A stretch of 64,000 bases of DNA. Origin: Eledone cirrhosa. Lineage: Eukaryota. Position 1 is the stretch's first letter, and each line of letters begins with the position of its first letter. The position numbers were made by a program, and so were the translations under genes. Shown piece by piece: positions 30,401 through 45,400 of the stretch. Where the stretch lies: the NCBI GenBank assembly GCA_964016885.1, contig OZ024755.1, positions 31,434,001 to 31,498,000 of the forward strand, written 5' to 3'. The notes beneath the pieces were generated by a model that saw only the letters and a program-made list of their open reading frames with translations, had not been told where the DNA came from and made no database searches.

Positions 30401-33400
30401 CCATGTATGGCATGTGTAGCAACCTTCTGAAGGACTTGTACCCCATATATGGGATGTGCAGCAACCTTCTGAAGGACTTGTACCCCATGTATGGGATGTG
30501 CAGCAACCTTCTGAAGGACTTGTACCCATGTATGGGATGTGTAGCAACCTTCTGAAGCACTTGTACCGCATGTATGGGATGTGTAGCAACCTTCTGAAGG
30601 ACTTGTACCCCATGTATGGGATGTGCAGCAACCTTCTGAAGGACTTGTACCCCATGTATGGGATGTGTAGCAACCTTCTGAAGAAATTGTACCCCATGTA
30701 TGGGATGTGCAGCAACATTCTGAAGGACTTGTACCCCATGAATGGGATATGTAGCAACCTTCTGAAGGACTTGTACCACATGTATGGGATGTGTAGCAAC
30801 CTTCTGAAGAAATTGTACCCCATGTATGGGATGTGTAGCAACCTTCTGAAGGACTTGTACCCCATGTATGGGATGTGTAGCAACCTTCTGAAGAAATTGT
30901 ACCCCATGTATGGGATGTGTAGCAACCTTCTGAAGGACTTGTACCCCATGTATGGGATGTGTAGCAACCTTCTGAAGAAATTGTACCCCATGTATGGGAT
31001 GTGTAGCAACCTTCTGAAGGACTTGTACCCCATGTATGGGATGTGTAGCAACCTTCTGAATGACTTGTACCCCATGTATGGGATGTGTAGCAACCTTCTG
31101 ATAAAATTGTACCCCATGAATGGGATGTGTAGCAACCTTCTGAAGCACTTGTACCCCATGTATGGGATGTGTAGCAACCTTCTGAAGAACTTGTACCCCA
31201 TGTATGGGATATGTAGCAACCTTCTGAAGAACATGTACCCCATGTATGGGGTGTGCAGCAACCTTCTGAAGCACTTGTACCCCATGTATGGCATGTGTAG
31301 CAACCTTCTGAAGCACTTGTACCCCATGTATGGCATGTGTAGCAACCTTCTGAAGGACTTGTACCCCATGTATGGGATGTGCAGCAACCTTCTGAAGGAC
31401 TTGTACCCCATGTATGGGATGTGCAGCAACCTTCTGAAGGACTTGTACCCATGTATGGGATGTGTAGCAACCTTCTGAAGCACTTGTACCCCATGTATGG
31501 GATGTGTAGCAACCTTCTGAAGGACTTGTACTCCATGTATGGGATGTGTAGCAACCTTCTGAAGCACTTGTACCGCATGTATGGGATGTGTAGCAACCTT
31601 CTGAAGGACTTGTACCCCATGTATGGGATGTGCAGCAACCTTCTGAAGGACTTGTACCCCATGAATGGGATATGTAGCAACCTTCTGAAGGACTTGTACC
31701 CCATGTATGGGATGTGCAGCAACCTTCTGAAGGACTTGTACCCCATGAATGGGATATGTAGCAACCTTCTGAAGGACTTGTACCACATGTATGGGATGTG
31801 TAGCAACCTTCTGAAGAAATTGTACCCCATGTATGGGATGTGTAGCAACCTTCTGAAGGACTTGTACCCCATGTATGGGATGTGTAGCAACCTTCTGAAG
31901 AAATTGTACCCCATGTATGGGATGTGTAGCAACCTTCTGAAGAAATTGTACCCCATGTATGGGATGTGTAGCAACCTTCTGAAGGACTTGTACCCCATGT
32001 ATGGGATGTGTAGCAACCTTCTGAATGACTTGTACCCCATGTATGGGATGTGTAGCAACCTTCTGATAAAATTGTACCCCATGAATGGGATGTGTAGCAA
32101 CCTTCTGAAGCACTTGTACCCCATGTATGGGATGTGTAGCAACCTTCTGAAGAACTTGTACCCCATGTATGGGATATGTAGCAACCTTCTGAAGAACATG
32201 TACCCCATATATGGGATGTGCAGCAACCCTCTGAAGCACTTGTACCCCATGTATGGCATGTGTAGCAACCTTCTGAAGCACTTGTACCCCATGTATGGCA
32301 TGTGTAGTAACCTTCTGAAGGACTTGTACCCCGTGTATGGGATGTGTAGCAACCTTCTGAAGGACTTGACCCCATGTATGGGATGTGTAGCAACCTTCTG
32401 AAGGACTTGTACCCCATGTATGGGATGTGTAGCAACCTTCTGAAGGACTTGTACCCCATGTATGGGATGTGTAGCAACCTTCTGAAAGACTTGTACCCCA
32501 TGTATGGGATGTGCAGCAACCTTCTGAAGGACTTGAACCCCATGTATGGGATGTGTAGCAACCTTCTGAAGGACTTGTACCCCATGTCTGGGATGTGTAG
32601 CAACCTTCTGAAGGAGTTGTACCCCATGTATGGGATTTGTAGCAACCTTCTGAAGGACTTGAACCCCATGTATGGGATATGTAGCAACCTTCTGAAGGAC
32701 TTGTACCCCATGTATGGGATTTGTAGCAACCTTCTGAAGGACTTGTACCCCATGTATGGGATGTGCAGCAACCTTCTGAAGGACTTGTACCCCATGTATG
32801 GGATGTGTAGCAACCTTCTGAAGGACTTGTACCCCATGTATGGGATGTGTAGCAACCTTCTGAAGGACTTGTACCCCATGTATGGGATGTGCAGCAACCT
32901 TCTGAAGGAATTGTACCCCATGTATGGGATTTGTAGCAACCTTCTGAAGGACTTGAACCCCATGTATGGGATATGTAGCAACCTTCTGAAGGACTTGTAC
33001 CCCATGTATGGGATTTGTAGCAACCTTCTGAAGGACTTGTACCCCATGTATGGGATGTGCAGCAACCTTCTGAAGGACTTGTACCCCATGTATGGGATGT
33101 GTAGCAACCTTCTGAAGGACTTGTACCCCATGTATGGGATGTGCAGCAACCTTCTGAAGGACTTGTACCCCATGTATGGGATGTGCAGCAACCTTCTGAA
33201 GGACTTGTACCCCATGTATGGGATGTGTAGCAACCTTCTGAAGGACTTGAACCCCATGTATGGGATGTGTAGCAACCTTCTGAAGGACTTGTACCCCATG
33301 TATGGGATGTGTAGCAACCTTCTGAAGGACTTGTACCCCATGTATGGGATGTGTAGCAACCTTCTGAAGGACTTGTACCCCATGTATGGGATGTGTAGCA

Positions 33401-36400
33401 ACCTTCTGAAGGACTTGTACCCATGTATGGGATGTGTAGCAACCTTCTGAAGGACTTGTACCCATGTATGGGATGTGTAGCAACCTTCTGAAGGACTTGT
33501 ACCCATGTATGGGATGTGCAGCAACCTTCTGAAGGACTTGTACCCCATGTATGGGATGTGTAGCAACCTTCTAAAGAAATTGTACCCCATGAATGGGATA
33601 TGTAGCAACCTTCTGAAGGACTTGAACCCCATGTATGGGATGTGCAGCAACCTTCTGAAGGACTTGTACCCCATGTATGGGATGTGCAGCAACCTTCTGA
33701 AGGACTTGTACCCATGTATGGGATGTGTAGCAACCTTCTGAAGGACTTGTACCCCATGTATGGGATGTGTAGCAACCTTCTGAAGGACTTGTACCCCATG
33801 TATGGGATGTGTAGCAACCTTCTGAAGGACTTGTACCCCATGTATGGGATGTGTAGCAACCTTCTGAAGGTCTTGTACCCCATGTATGGGATGTGTAGCA
33901 ACCTTCTGAAGGACTTGTACCCCATGTATGGGATGTGTAGCAACCTTCTGAAGGACTTGTACCCCATGTATGGGATGTGTAGCAACCTTCTGAAGGTCTG
34001 TACCCCATGTATGGGATGTGTAGCAACCTTCTGAAGAACTTGTGCCCCATGTATGGGATATGTAGCAACCTTCTGAAGGACTTGAACCCCATGTATGGGA
34101 TGTGCAGCAACCTTCTGAAGGACTTGTACCCCATGTATGATATGTGTAGCAACCTTCTGAAGGACGTGTACTCCATGTATGGGATGTGTAGCAACCTTCT
34201 GAAGGACTTGTACCCCATGCATGGGATGTGTAGCAACCATCTGAAGGACTTGTACCCCATGTATGGGATGTGTAGCAACCTTCTGAAGGACTTGTACCCC
34301 ATGTATGGGATGTGTAGCAACCTTCTGAAGGACTTGTACCCCATGTATGGGATGTGCAGCGACCTTCTGAAGGACTTGTACCCCATGTATGGGATGTGTA
34401 GCAACCTTCTGAAGGACTTGAACCCCATGTATGGGATGTGTAGCAACCTTCTGAAGGACTTGTACCCCATGTCCGGGATGTGTAGCAACCTTCTGAAGGA
34501 GTTGTACCCCATGTATGGGATTTGTAGCAACCTTCTGAAGGACTTGAACCCCATGTATGGGATATGTAGCAACCTTCTGAAGGACTTGTACCCCATGTAT
34601 GGGATTTGTAGCAACCTTCTGAAGGACTTGTACCCCATGTATGGGATGTGCAGCAACCTTCTGAAGCACTTGTACCCCATGTATGGGATGTGCAGCAACC
34701 TTCTGAAGGACTTGTACCCCATGTATGGGATATGTAGCAACCTTCTGAAGGACTTGTACCCCATGTATGGGATTTGTAGCAACCTTCTGAAGGACTTGTA
34801 CCCATGTATGGGATGTGTAGCAACCTTCTGAAGCACTTGTACCCCATGTATGGGATGTGTAGCAACCTTCTGAAGGACTTGTACCCCATGTATGGGATGT
34901 GTAGCAACCTTCTGAAGCACTTGTACCGCATGTATGGGATGTGTAGCAACCTTCTGAAGGACTTGTACCCCATGTATGGGATGTGCAGCAACCTTCTGAA
35001 GGACTTGTACCCCATGTATGGGATGTGTAGCAACCTTCTGAAGAAATTGTACCCCATGTATGGGATGTGCAGCAACATTCTGAAGGACTTGTACCCCATG
35101 AATGGGATATGTAGCAACCTTCTGAAGGACTTGTACCACATGTATGGGATGTGTAGCAACCTTCTGAAGAAAGTGTACCCCATGTATGGGATGTGTAGCA
35201 ACCTTCTGAAGAAATTGTACCCCATGTATGGGATGTGTAGCAACCTTCTGAAGGACTTGTACCCCATGTATGGGATGTGTAGCAACCTTCTGAATGACTT
35301 GTACCCCATGTATGGGATGTGTAGCAACCTTCTGAAGCACTTGTACCCCATGTATGGGATGTGTAGCAACCTTCTGAAGAACTTGTACCCCATGTATGGG
35401 ATATGTAGCAACCTTCTGAAGAACATGTACCCCATATATGGGAAGTGCAGCAACCTTCTGAAGCACTTGTACCCCATGTATGGCATGTGTAGCAACCTTC
35501 TGAAGCACTTGTACCCCATGTATGGCATGTGTAGTAACCTTCTGAAGGACTTGTACCCCATGTATGGGATGTGCAGCAACCTTCTGAAGGACTTGTACCC
35601 CATGTATGGGATGTGCAGCAACCTTCTGAAGGACATGTACCCCACGTATGGGATGTGTAGCAACCTTCTGAAGCACTTGTACCGCATGTATGGGATGTGT
35701 AGCAACCTTCTGAAGCACTTGTACCGCATGTATGGGATGTGTAGCAACCTTCTGAAGGTCTTGTACCCCATGTATGGGATGTGCAGCAACCTTCTGAAGG
35801 ACTTGTACCCCATGTATGGGATGTGCAGCAACCTTCTGAAGGACATGTACCCCACGTATGGGATGTGTAGCAACCTTCTGAAGCACTTGTACCGCATGTA
35901 TGGGATGTGTAGCAACCTTCTGAAGCACTTGTACCGCATGTATGGGATGTGTAGCAACCTTCTGAAGGTCTTGTACCCCATGTATGGGATGTGTAGCAAC
36001 CTTCTGAAGCACTTGTACCGCATGTATGGGATGTGTAGCAACCTTCTGAAGGACTTGTACCCCATGTATGGGATGTGCAGCAACCTTCTGAAGGACTTGT
36101 ACCCCATGTATGGGATGTGTAGCAACCTTCTGAAGAAATTGTGCCCCATGTATGGGATGTGTAGCAACCCTCTGAAGGACTTGTACCCCATGTATGGGAT
36201 GTGTAGCAACCTTCTGAAGGACTTGTACCCCATGTATGGGATGTGTAGCAACCTTCTGATAAAATTGTACCCCATGAATGGGATGTGTAGCAACCTTCTG
36301 AAGCACTTGTACCCCATGTATGGGATGTGTAGCAACCTTCTGAAGGACTTGTACCCCATGTATGGGATGTGCAGCAACCTTCTGAAGGACTTGAACCCCA

Positions 36401-39400
36401 TGTATGGGATGTGTAGCAACCTTCTGAAGGACTTGTACCCCATGTCTGGGATGTGTAGCAACCTTCTGAAGGAGTTGTACCCCATGTATGGGATTTGTAG
36501 CAACCTTCTGAAGGACTTGAACCCCATGTATGGGATATGTAGCAACCTTCTGAAGGACTTGTACCCCATGTATGGGATTTGTAGCAACCTTCTGAAGGAC
36601 TTGTACCCCATGTATGGGATGTGCAGCAACCTTCTGAAGCACTTGTACCCCATGTATGGGATGTGCAGCAACCTTCTGAAGGACTTGTACCCCATGTATG
36701 GGATTTGTAGCAACCTTCTGAAGGACTTGTACCCATGTATGGGATGTGTAGCAACCTTCTGAAGCACTTGTACCGCATGTATGGGATGTGTAGCAACCTT
36801 CTGAAGGACTTGTACCCCATGTATGGGATATGTAGCAACCTTCTGAAGGACTTGTACCCCATGTATGGGATGTGCAGCAACCCTCTGAAGGACTTGTACC
36901 CCATGTATGGGATATGTAGCAACCTTCTGAAGGACTTGTACCCCATGTATGGGATTTGTAGCAACCTTCTGAAGGACTTGTACCCATGTATGGGATGTGT
37001 AGCAACCTTCTGAAGCACTTGTACCCCATGTATGGGATGTGTAGCAACCTTCTGAAGGACTTGTACCCCATGTATGGGATGTGTAGCAACCTTCTGAAGC
37101 ACTTGTACCGCATGTATGGGATGTGTAGCAACCTTCTGAAGGACTTGTACCCCATGTATGGGATGTGCAGCAACCTTCTGAAGGACTTGTACCCCATGTA
37201 TGGGATGTGTAGCAACCTTCTGAAGAAATTGTACCCCATGTATGGGATGTGCAGCAACATTCTGAAGGACTTGTACCCCATGAATGGGATATGTAGCAAC
37301 CTTCTGAAGGACTTGTACCACATGTATGGGATGTGTAGCAACCTTCTGAAGAAAGTGTACCCCATGTATGGGATGTGTAGCAACCTTCTGATAAAATTGT
37401 ACCCCATGAATGGGATGTGTAGCAACCTTCTGAAGCACTTGTACCCCATGTATGGGATGTGTAGCAACCTTCTGAAGGACTTGTACCCCATGTATGGGAT
37501 GTGTAGCAACCTTCTGAATGACTTGTACCCCATGTATGGGATGTGTAGCAACCTTCTGATAAAATTGTACCCCATGAATGGGATGTGTAGCAACCTTCTG
37601 AAGCACTTGTACCCCATGTATGGGATGTGTAGCAACCTTCTGAAGAACTTGTACCCCATGTATGGGATATGTAGCAACCTTCTGAAGAACATGTACCCCA
37701 TATATGGGAAGTGCAGCAACCTTCTGAAGCACTTGTACCCCATGTATGGCATGTGTAGCAACCTTCTGAAGCACTTGTACCCCATGTATGGCATGTGTAG
37801 TAACCTTCTGAAGGACTTGTACCCCATGTATGGGATGTGCAGCAACCTTCTGAAGGACTTGTACCCCATGTATGGGATGTGTAGCAACCTTCTGAAGGAC
37901 TTGTACCCCATGTATGGGATGTGTAGCAACCTTCTGAAGGACTTGTACCCCATGTATGGGATGTGTAGCAACCTTCTGAAGGACTTGTACCCCATGTATG
38001 GGATGTGCAGCAACCTTCTGAAGAAATTGTGCCCCATGTATGGGATGTGTAGCAACCTTCTGAAGGACTTGTACCCCATGTATGGGATGTGTAGCAACCT
38101 TCTGAAGGACTTGTACCCCATGTATGGGATGTGTAGCAACCTTCTGAAGGACTTGTACCCCATGTATGGGATGTGTAGCAACCTTCTGAAGGACTTGTAC
38201 CCCATGTATGGGATGTGTAGCAACATTCTGAAGGACTTGTACCCCATGTATGGGATGTGTAGCAACCTTCTGAAGGACTTGTACCCCACGTATGGGATGT
38301 GTAGCAACCTTCTGAAGCACTTGTACCGCATGTATGGAATGTGTAGCAACCTTCTGAAGGACTTGTACCCCATGTATGGGATGTGTAGCAACCTTCTGAA
38401 GAAATTGTGCCCCATGTATGGGATGTGTAGCAACCTTCTGAAGGACTTGTACCCCATGTATGGGATATGTAGCAACCTTCTGAAGGACTTGAACCCCATG
38501 TATGGGATGTGCAGCAAGCTTCTGAAGGACTTGTACCACATGTATGGGATTTGTAGCAACCTCCTGAAGAACTTGAACCCCATGTATGGGATATGTAGCA
38601 ACCTCCTGAAGAACTTGAACCCCATGTATGGGATATGTAGCAACCTTCTGAAGGACTTGAGCCCCATGTATGGGATATGTAGCAACCTTCTGAAGGACTT
38701 GAGCCCCATGTATGGGATGTGTAGCAACCTTCTGAAGGACTTGTACCCCATGTATGTGATGTGTAGCAACCTTCTGAAGGACTTGTACCCCATGTATGGG
38801 ATGTGTAGCAACCTTCTGAAGGACTTGTACCCCATGTATGGGATGTGCAGCAACCTTCTGAAGGACTTGTACCCATGTATGGGATATGTAGCAACCTTCT
38901 GAAGGACTTGTACCCCATGTATGGGATGTGCAGCAACCTTCTGAAGGACTTGTACCCCATGTATGGGACGTGTAGCAACCTTCTGAAGGACTTGTACCCC
39001 ATGTATGGGATGTGTAGCAACCTTCTGAAGGACTTGTACCCCATGTATGGGATGTGCAGCAACCTTCTGAAGGACTTGTACCCCATGTATGGGATGTGCA
39101 GCAACCTTCTGAAGGACTTGTACCCCATGTATGGGATGTGTAACAACCTTCTGAAGGACTTGAACCCCATGTATGGGATGTGTAGCAACCTTCTGAAGGA
39201 CTTGTACCCCATGTATGGGATGTGCAGCAACCTTCTGAAGGACTTGTACCCCATGTATGGGATGTGTAGCAACCTTCTGAAGGACTTGTACCCCATGTAT
39301 GGGATTTGTAGCAACCTTCTGAAGGACTTGTACCCCATGTATGGGATATGTAGCAACCTTCTGAAGGACTTGTACCCCATGTATGGGATGTGTAGCAACC

Positions 39401-42400
39401 TTCTGAAGCACTTGTACCCCATGTATGGGATGTGTAGCAACCTTCTGAAGGACTTGTACCCCATGTATGGGATGTGCAGCAACCTTCTGAAGGACTTGTA
39501 CCCATGTATGGGATGTGTAGCAACATTCTGAAGGACTTGTACCCCATGTATGGGATGTGCAGCAACCTTCTGAAGGACTTGTACCCCATGTATGGGATGT
39601 GTAGCAACCTTCTGAAGGACTTGTACCCCATGTATGGGATGTGTAGCAACCTTCTGAAGGACTTGTACCCCATGTATGGGATGTGTAGCAACCTTCTGAA
39701 GGACTTGTACCCATGTATGGGATGTGTAGCAACCTTCTGAAGGACTTGTACCCCATGTATGGGATGTGTAGCAACCTTCTGAAGGACTTGTACCCCATCT
39801 ATGGGATGTGTAGCAACCTTCTGAAGGACTTGTACCCCATGTATGGGATGTGTAGCAACCTTCTGAAGGACTTGTACCCCATGTATGGGATGTGCAGCAA
39901 CCTTCTGAAGGACTTGTACCCCATGTATGGGATGTGTAGCAACCTTCGGAATGACTTGTACCCCATGTATGGGATGTGTAGCAACCTTCTGAAGGACTTG
40001 TACCCCATGTATGGGATGCGTAGCAACCTTCTGAAGGACTTGTACCCCATGTATGGGATATGTAGCAACCTTCTGAAGGACTTGTACCCCATGTATGGGA
40101 TGTGTAGCAACCTTCTGAAGGACTTGTACCCATGTATGGGATTTGTAGCAACCTTCTGAAGGACTTGTACCCCATGTATGGGATGTGTAGCAACATTCTG
40201 AAGGACTTGTACCCCATGTATGGGATGTGCAGCAACCTTCTGAAGGACTTGTACCCCATGTATGGGATGTGTAGCAACCTTCGGAATGACTTGTACCCCA
40301 TGTATGGGATGTGTAGCAACCTTCTGAAGGACTTGTACCCATGTATGGGATGTGCAGCAACCTTCTGAAGGACTTGTACCCCATGTATGGGATGTGTAGC
40401 AACCTTCGGAATGACTTGTACCCCATGTATGGGATGTGCAGCAACCTTCTGAAGGACTTGTACCCCATGTATGGGATGTGTAGCAACCTTCTGAAGGACT
40501 TGTACCCTATGTATGGGATGTGCAGCAACATTCTGAAGGACTTGTACCCCATGAATGGGATATGTAGCAACCTTCTGAAGGACTTGTACGCCATGTATGG
40601 GATGTGCAGCAACCTTCTGAAGGATTGTACCCCATGTATGGGATTTGTAGCAACCTTCTGAAGGACTTGTACCCCATGTATGGGATGTGTAGCAACCTTC
40701 TGAAGGACTTGTACCCCATGTATGGGATGTGTAGCAACCTTCTAAAGAAATTGTACCCCATGAATGGGATATGTAGCAACCTTCTGAAGGACTTGAACCC
40801 CATGTATGGGATGTGTAGCAACCTTCTGAAGGACTTGTACCCATGTATGGGATGTGCAGCAACCTTCTGAAGGACTTGTACCCCATGTATGGGATGTGTA
40901 GCAACCTTCTGAAGGACTTGTACCCATGTATGGGATGTGTAGCAACCTTCTGAAGGACTTGTACCCATGTATGGGATGTGCAGCAACCTTCTGAATGACT
41001 TGTACCCATGTATGGGATGTGCAGCAACCTTCTGAAGGACTTGTATCCCATGTATGGGATGTGTAGCAACCTTCTGAAGGACTTGTACCCCATGTAAGGG
41101 ATGTGTAGCAACCTTCTGAAGGACTTGTACCCCATGTATGGGATGTGCAGCAACCTTCTGAAGGACTTGTACCCCATGTATGGGATGTGTAGCAACCTTC
41201 TGAAGGACTTGTACCCCATGTATGGGATGTGTAGCAACCTTCTGAAGGACTTGTACCCCATGTATGGGATGTGTAGCAACCTTCTGAAGGACTTGTACCC
41301 CATGTATGGGATGTGCAGCAACCTTCTGAAGGACTTGTACCCCATGTATGGGATGTGTAGCAACCTTCTGAAGGACTTGTACCCCATGTATGGGATGTGC
41401 AGCAACCTTCTGAAGGACTTGTACCCCATGTATGGGATGTGCAGCAACCTTCTGAAGGACTTGTACCCCATGTATGGGATGTGTAGCAACCTTCTGAAGG
41501 ACTTGTACCCCATGTATGGGATGTGCAGCAACCTTCTGAAGGACTTGTACCCCATGTATGGGATGTGTAGCAACCTTCTGAAGGACTTGAACCCCATGTA
41601 TGGGATATGTAGCAACCTTCTGAAAAACTTGTACCCCATGTATGGGATGTGTAGCAACCTTCTGAAGGACTTGTACCCCATGTATGGGATGTGTAGCAAC
41701 CTTCTGAAGGACTTGTACCCCATGTATGGGATGTGTAGCAACCTTCTGAAGGACTTGTACCCATGTATGGGATGTGTAGCAACCTTCTGAAGGACTTGTA
41801 CCCATGTATGGGATGTGTAGCAACCTTCTGAAGGACTTGTACCCATGTATGGGATGTGCAGCAACCTTCTGAAGGACTTGTACCCCATGTATGGGATGTG
41901 TAGCAACCTTCTAAAGAAATTGTACCCAATGAATGGGATATGTAGCAACCTTCTGAAGGACTTGAACCCCATGTATGGGATGTGCAGCAACCTTCTGAAG
42001 GACTTGTACCCCATGTATGGGATGTGCAGCAACCTTCTGAAGGACTTGTACCCCATGTATGGGATGAGTAGCAACCTTCTAAAGATGTTGTACCCCATGA
42101 ATGGGATATGTAGCAACCTTCTGAAGGACTTGTACCCCATGTATGGGATGTGTAACAACCTCCTGAAGGACTTGTACCGCATGTATGGGATGTGTAGCAA
42201 CCTTCTGAAGGACTTGTACCCCATGTATGGGATGAGTAGCAACCTTCTAAAGATGTTGTACCCCATGAATGGGATATGTAGCAACCTTCTGAAGGACTTG
42301 TACCCCATGTATGGGATGTGTAGCAACCTCCTGAAGGACTTGTACCCCATGTATGGGATGTGTAGCAACCTTCTGAAGGACTTGTACCCCATGTATGGGA

Positions 42401-45400
42401 TGAGTAGCAACCTTCTAAAGATGTTGTACCCCATGAATGGGATATGTAGCAACCTTCTGAAGGACTTGTACCCCATGTATGGGATGTGTAGCAACCTTCT
42501 GAAGGACTTTTACCCCATGTATGGGATGTGCAGCAACCTTCTGAAGGACTTGTACCCCATGTATGGGATGTGCAGCAACCTTCTGAAGGACTTGAACCCC
42601 ATGTATGGGATGTGTAGCAACCTTCTGAAGGACTTGTACTCCATGTATGGGATGTGTAGCAACCTTCTGAAGGACTTGTACCCCATGTATGGGATTTGTA
42701 GCAACCTTCTGAAGGACTTGAACCCCATGTATGGGATATGTAGCAATCTTCTGAAGGACTTGTACCCCATGTATGGGATTTGTAGCAACCTCCTGAAGGA
42801 CTTGTACCCCATGTATGGGATGTGTAGCAACCTTCTGAAGGACTTGTACCCCATGTTGTGGGATGTGTAGCAACCTTCTGAAGCACTTGTACCCCATGTA
42901 TGGGATGTGTAGCAACCTTCTGAAGGACTTGTACCCCATGTATGGGATATGTAGCAACCTTCTGAAGGACTTGTACCCCATGTATGGGATGTGTAGCAAC
43001 CTTCTGAAGCACTTGTACCCCATGTATGGGATGTGTAGCAACCTTCTGAAGGACTTGTACCCCATGTATGGGATGTGCAGCAACCTTCTGAAGCACTTGT
43101 ACCCCATGTATGGGATGTGCAGCAACCTTCTGAAGGACTTGTACCCCATGTATGGGATATGTAGCAACCTTCTGAAGGACTTGTACCCCATGTATGGGAT
43201 GTGTAGCAACCTTCTGAAGCACTTGTACCCCATGTATGGGATGTGTAGCAACCTTCTGAAGGACTTGTACCCCATGTATGGGATGTGCAGCAACCTTCTG
43301 AAGGACTTGTACCCATGTATGGGATGTGTAGCAACCTTCTGAAGGACTTGTACCCCATGTATGGGATGTGTAGCAACCTTCTGAAGGACTTGTACCCCAT
43401 GTATGGGATGTGTAGCAACCTTCTGAAGGTCTTGTACCCCATGTATGGGATGTGTAGCAACCTTCTGAACGACTTGTACCCCATGTATGGGATGTGTAGC
43501 AACCTTCTGAAGGACTTGTACCCCATGTATGGGATGTGTAGCAACCTTCTGAAGGTCTTGTACCCCATGTATGGGATGTGTAGCAACCTTCTGAAGAACT
43601 TGTGCCCCATGTATGGGATATGTAGCAACCTTCTGAAGGACTCGAACCCCATGTATGGGATGTGCAGCAACCTTCTGAAGGACTTGTACCCCATGTATGA
43701 CATGTGTAGCAACCTTCTGAAGGACGTGTACTCCATGTATGGGATGTGTAGCAACCTTCTGAAGGACTTGTACCCCATGCATGGGATGTGTAGCAACCAT
43801 CTGAAGGACTTGTACCCCATGTATGGGATGTGTAGCAACCTTCTGAAGGACTTGTACCCATGTATGGGATTTGTAGCAACCTTCTGAAGGACTTGTACCC
43901 CATGTATGGGATGTGTAGCAACCTTCTGAAGGACTTGTACCCCATGTATGGGATGTGCAGCAACCTTCTGAAGGACTTGTACCCCATGTATGGGATGTGT
44001 AGCAATCTTCGGAATGACTTGTACCCCATGTATGGGATGTGCAGCAACCTTCTGAAGGACTTGTACCCCATGTATGGGATTTGTAGCAACCTTCTGAAGG
44101 ACTTGTACCCCATGTATGGGATTTGTAGCAACCTTCTGAAGGACTTGTACCCCATCTATGGGATGTGTAGCAACCTTCTGAAGGACTTGTACCCCATGTA
44201 TGGGATGTGTAGCAACCTTCTGAAGGACTTGTACCCCATGTATGGGATGTGCAGCGACCTTCTGAAGGACTTGTACCCCATGTATGGGATGTGTAGCAAC
44301 CTTCTGAAGGACTTGAACCCCATGTATGGGATGTGTAGCAACCTTCTGAAGGACTTGTACCCCATGTCCGGGATGTGTAGCAACCTTCTGAAGGAGTTGT
44401 ACCCCATGTATGGGATTTGTAGCAACCTTCTGAAGCACTTGTACCCCATGTATGGCATGTGTAGTAACCTTCTGAAGGACTTGTACCCCATGTATGGCAT
44501 GTGTAGTAACCTTCTGAAGGACTTGTACCCCATGTATGGGATGTGCAGCAACCTTCTGAAGGACTTGTACCCCATGTATGGGATGTGCAGCAACCTTCTG
44601 AAGGACTTGTACCCCATGTATGGGATGTGCAGCAACCTTCTGAAGGTCTTGTACCCCATGTATGGGATGTGTAGCAACCTTCTGAAGAAATTGTGCCTCA
44701 TGTATGGGATGTGTAGCAACCTTCTGAAGGACTTGTACCCCATGTATGGGATGTGTAGCAACCTTCTGAAGGACTTGTACCCCATGTATGGGATGTGTAG
44801 CAACCTTCTGAAGCACTTGTACCCCATGTATGGGATGTGTAGCAACCTTCTGAAGGACTTGTACCCCATGTATGGGATGTGTAGCAACCTTCTGAAGGAC
44901 TTGTACCCATGTATGGGATGTGTAGCAACCTTCTGAAGGACTTGTACCCCATGTATGGGATGTGTAGCAACCTTCTGATAAAATTGTACCCCATGAATGG
45001 GATGTGTAGCAACCTTCTGAAGCACTTGTACCCCATGTATGGGATGTGTAGCAACCTTCTGAAGAACTTGTACCCCATGTATGGGATGTGTAGCAACCTT
45101 CTGAAGAACATGTACCCCATGTATGGGATGTGTAGCAACCTTCTGAAGGACTTGTACCCCATGTATGGGATGTGTAGCAACCTTCTGAAGGACTTGTACC
45201 CCATGTATGGGATGTGCAGCAACCTTCTGAAGGACTTGAACCCCATGTATGGGATGTGTAGCAACCTTCTGAAGGACTTGTACCCCATGTCTGGGATGTG
45301 TAGCAACCTTCTGAAGGAGTTGTACCCCATGTATGGGATTTGTAGCAACCTTCTGAAGGACTTGAACCCCATGTATGGGATATGTAGCAACCTTCTGAAG

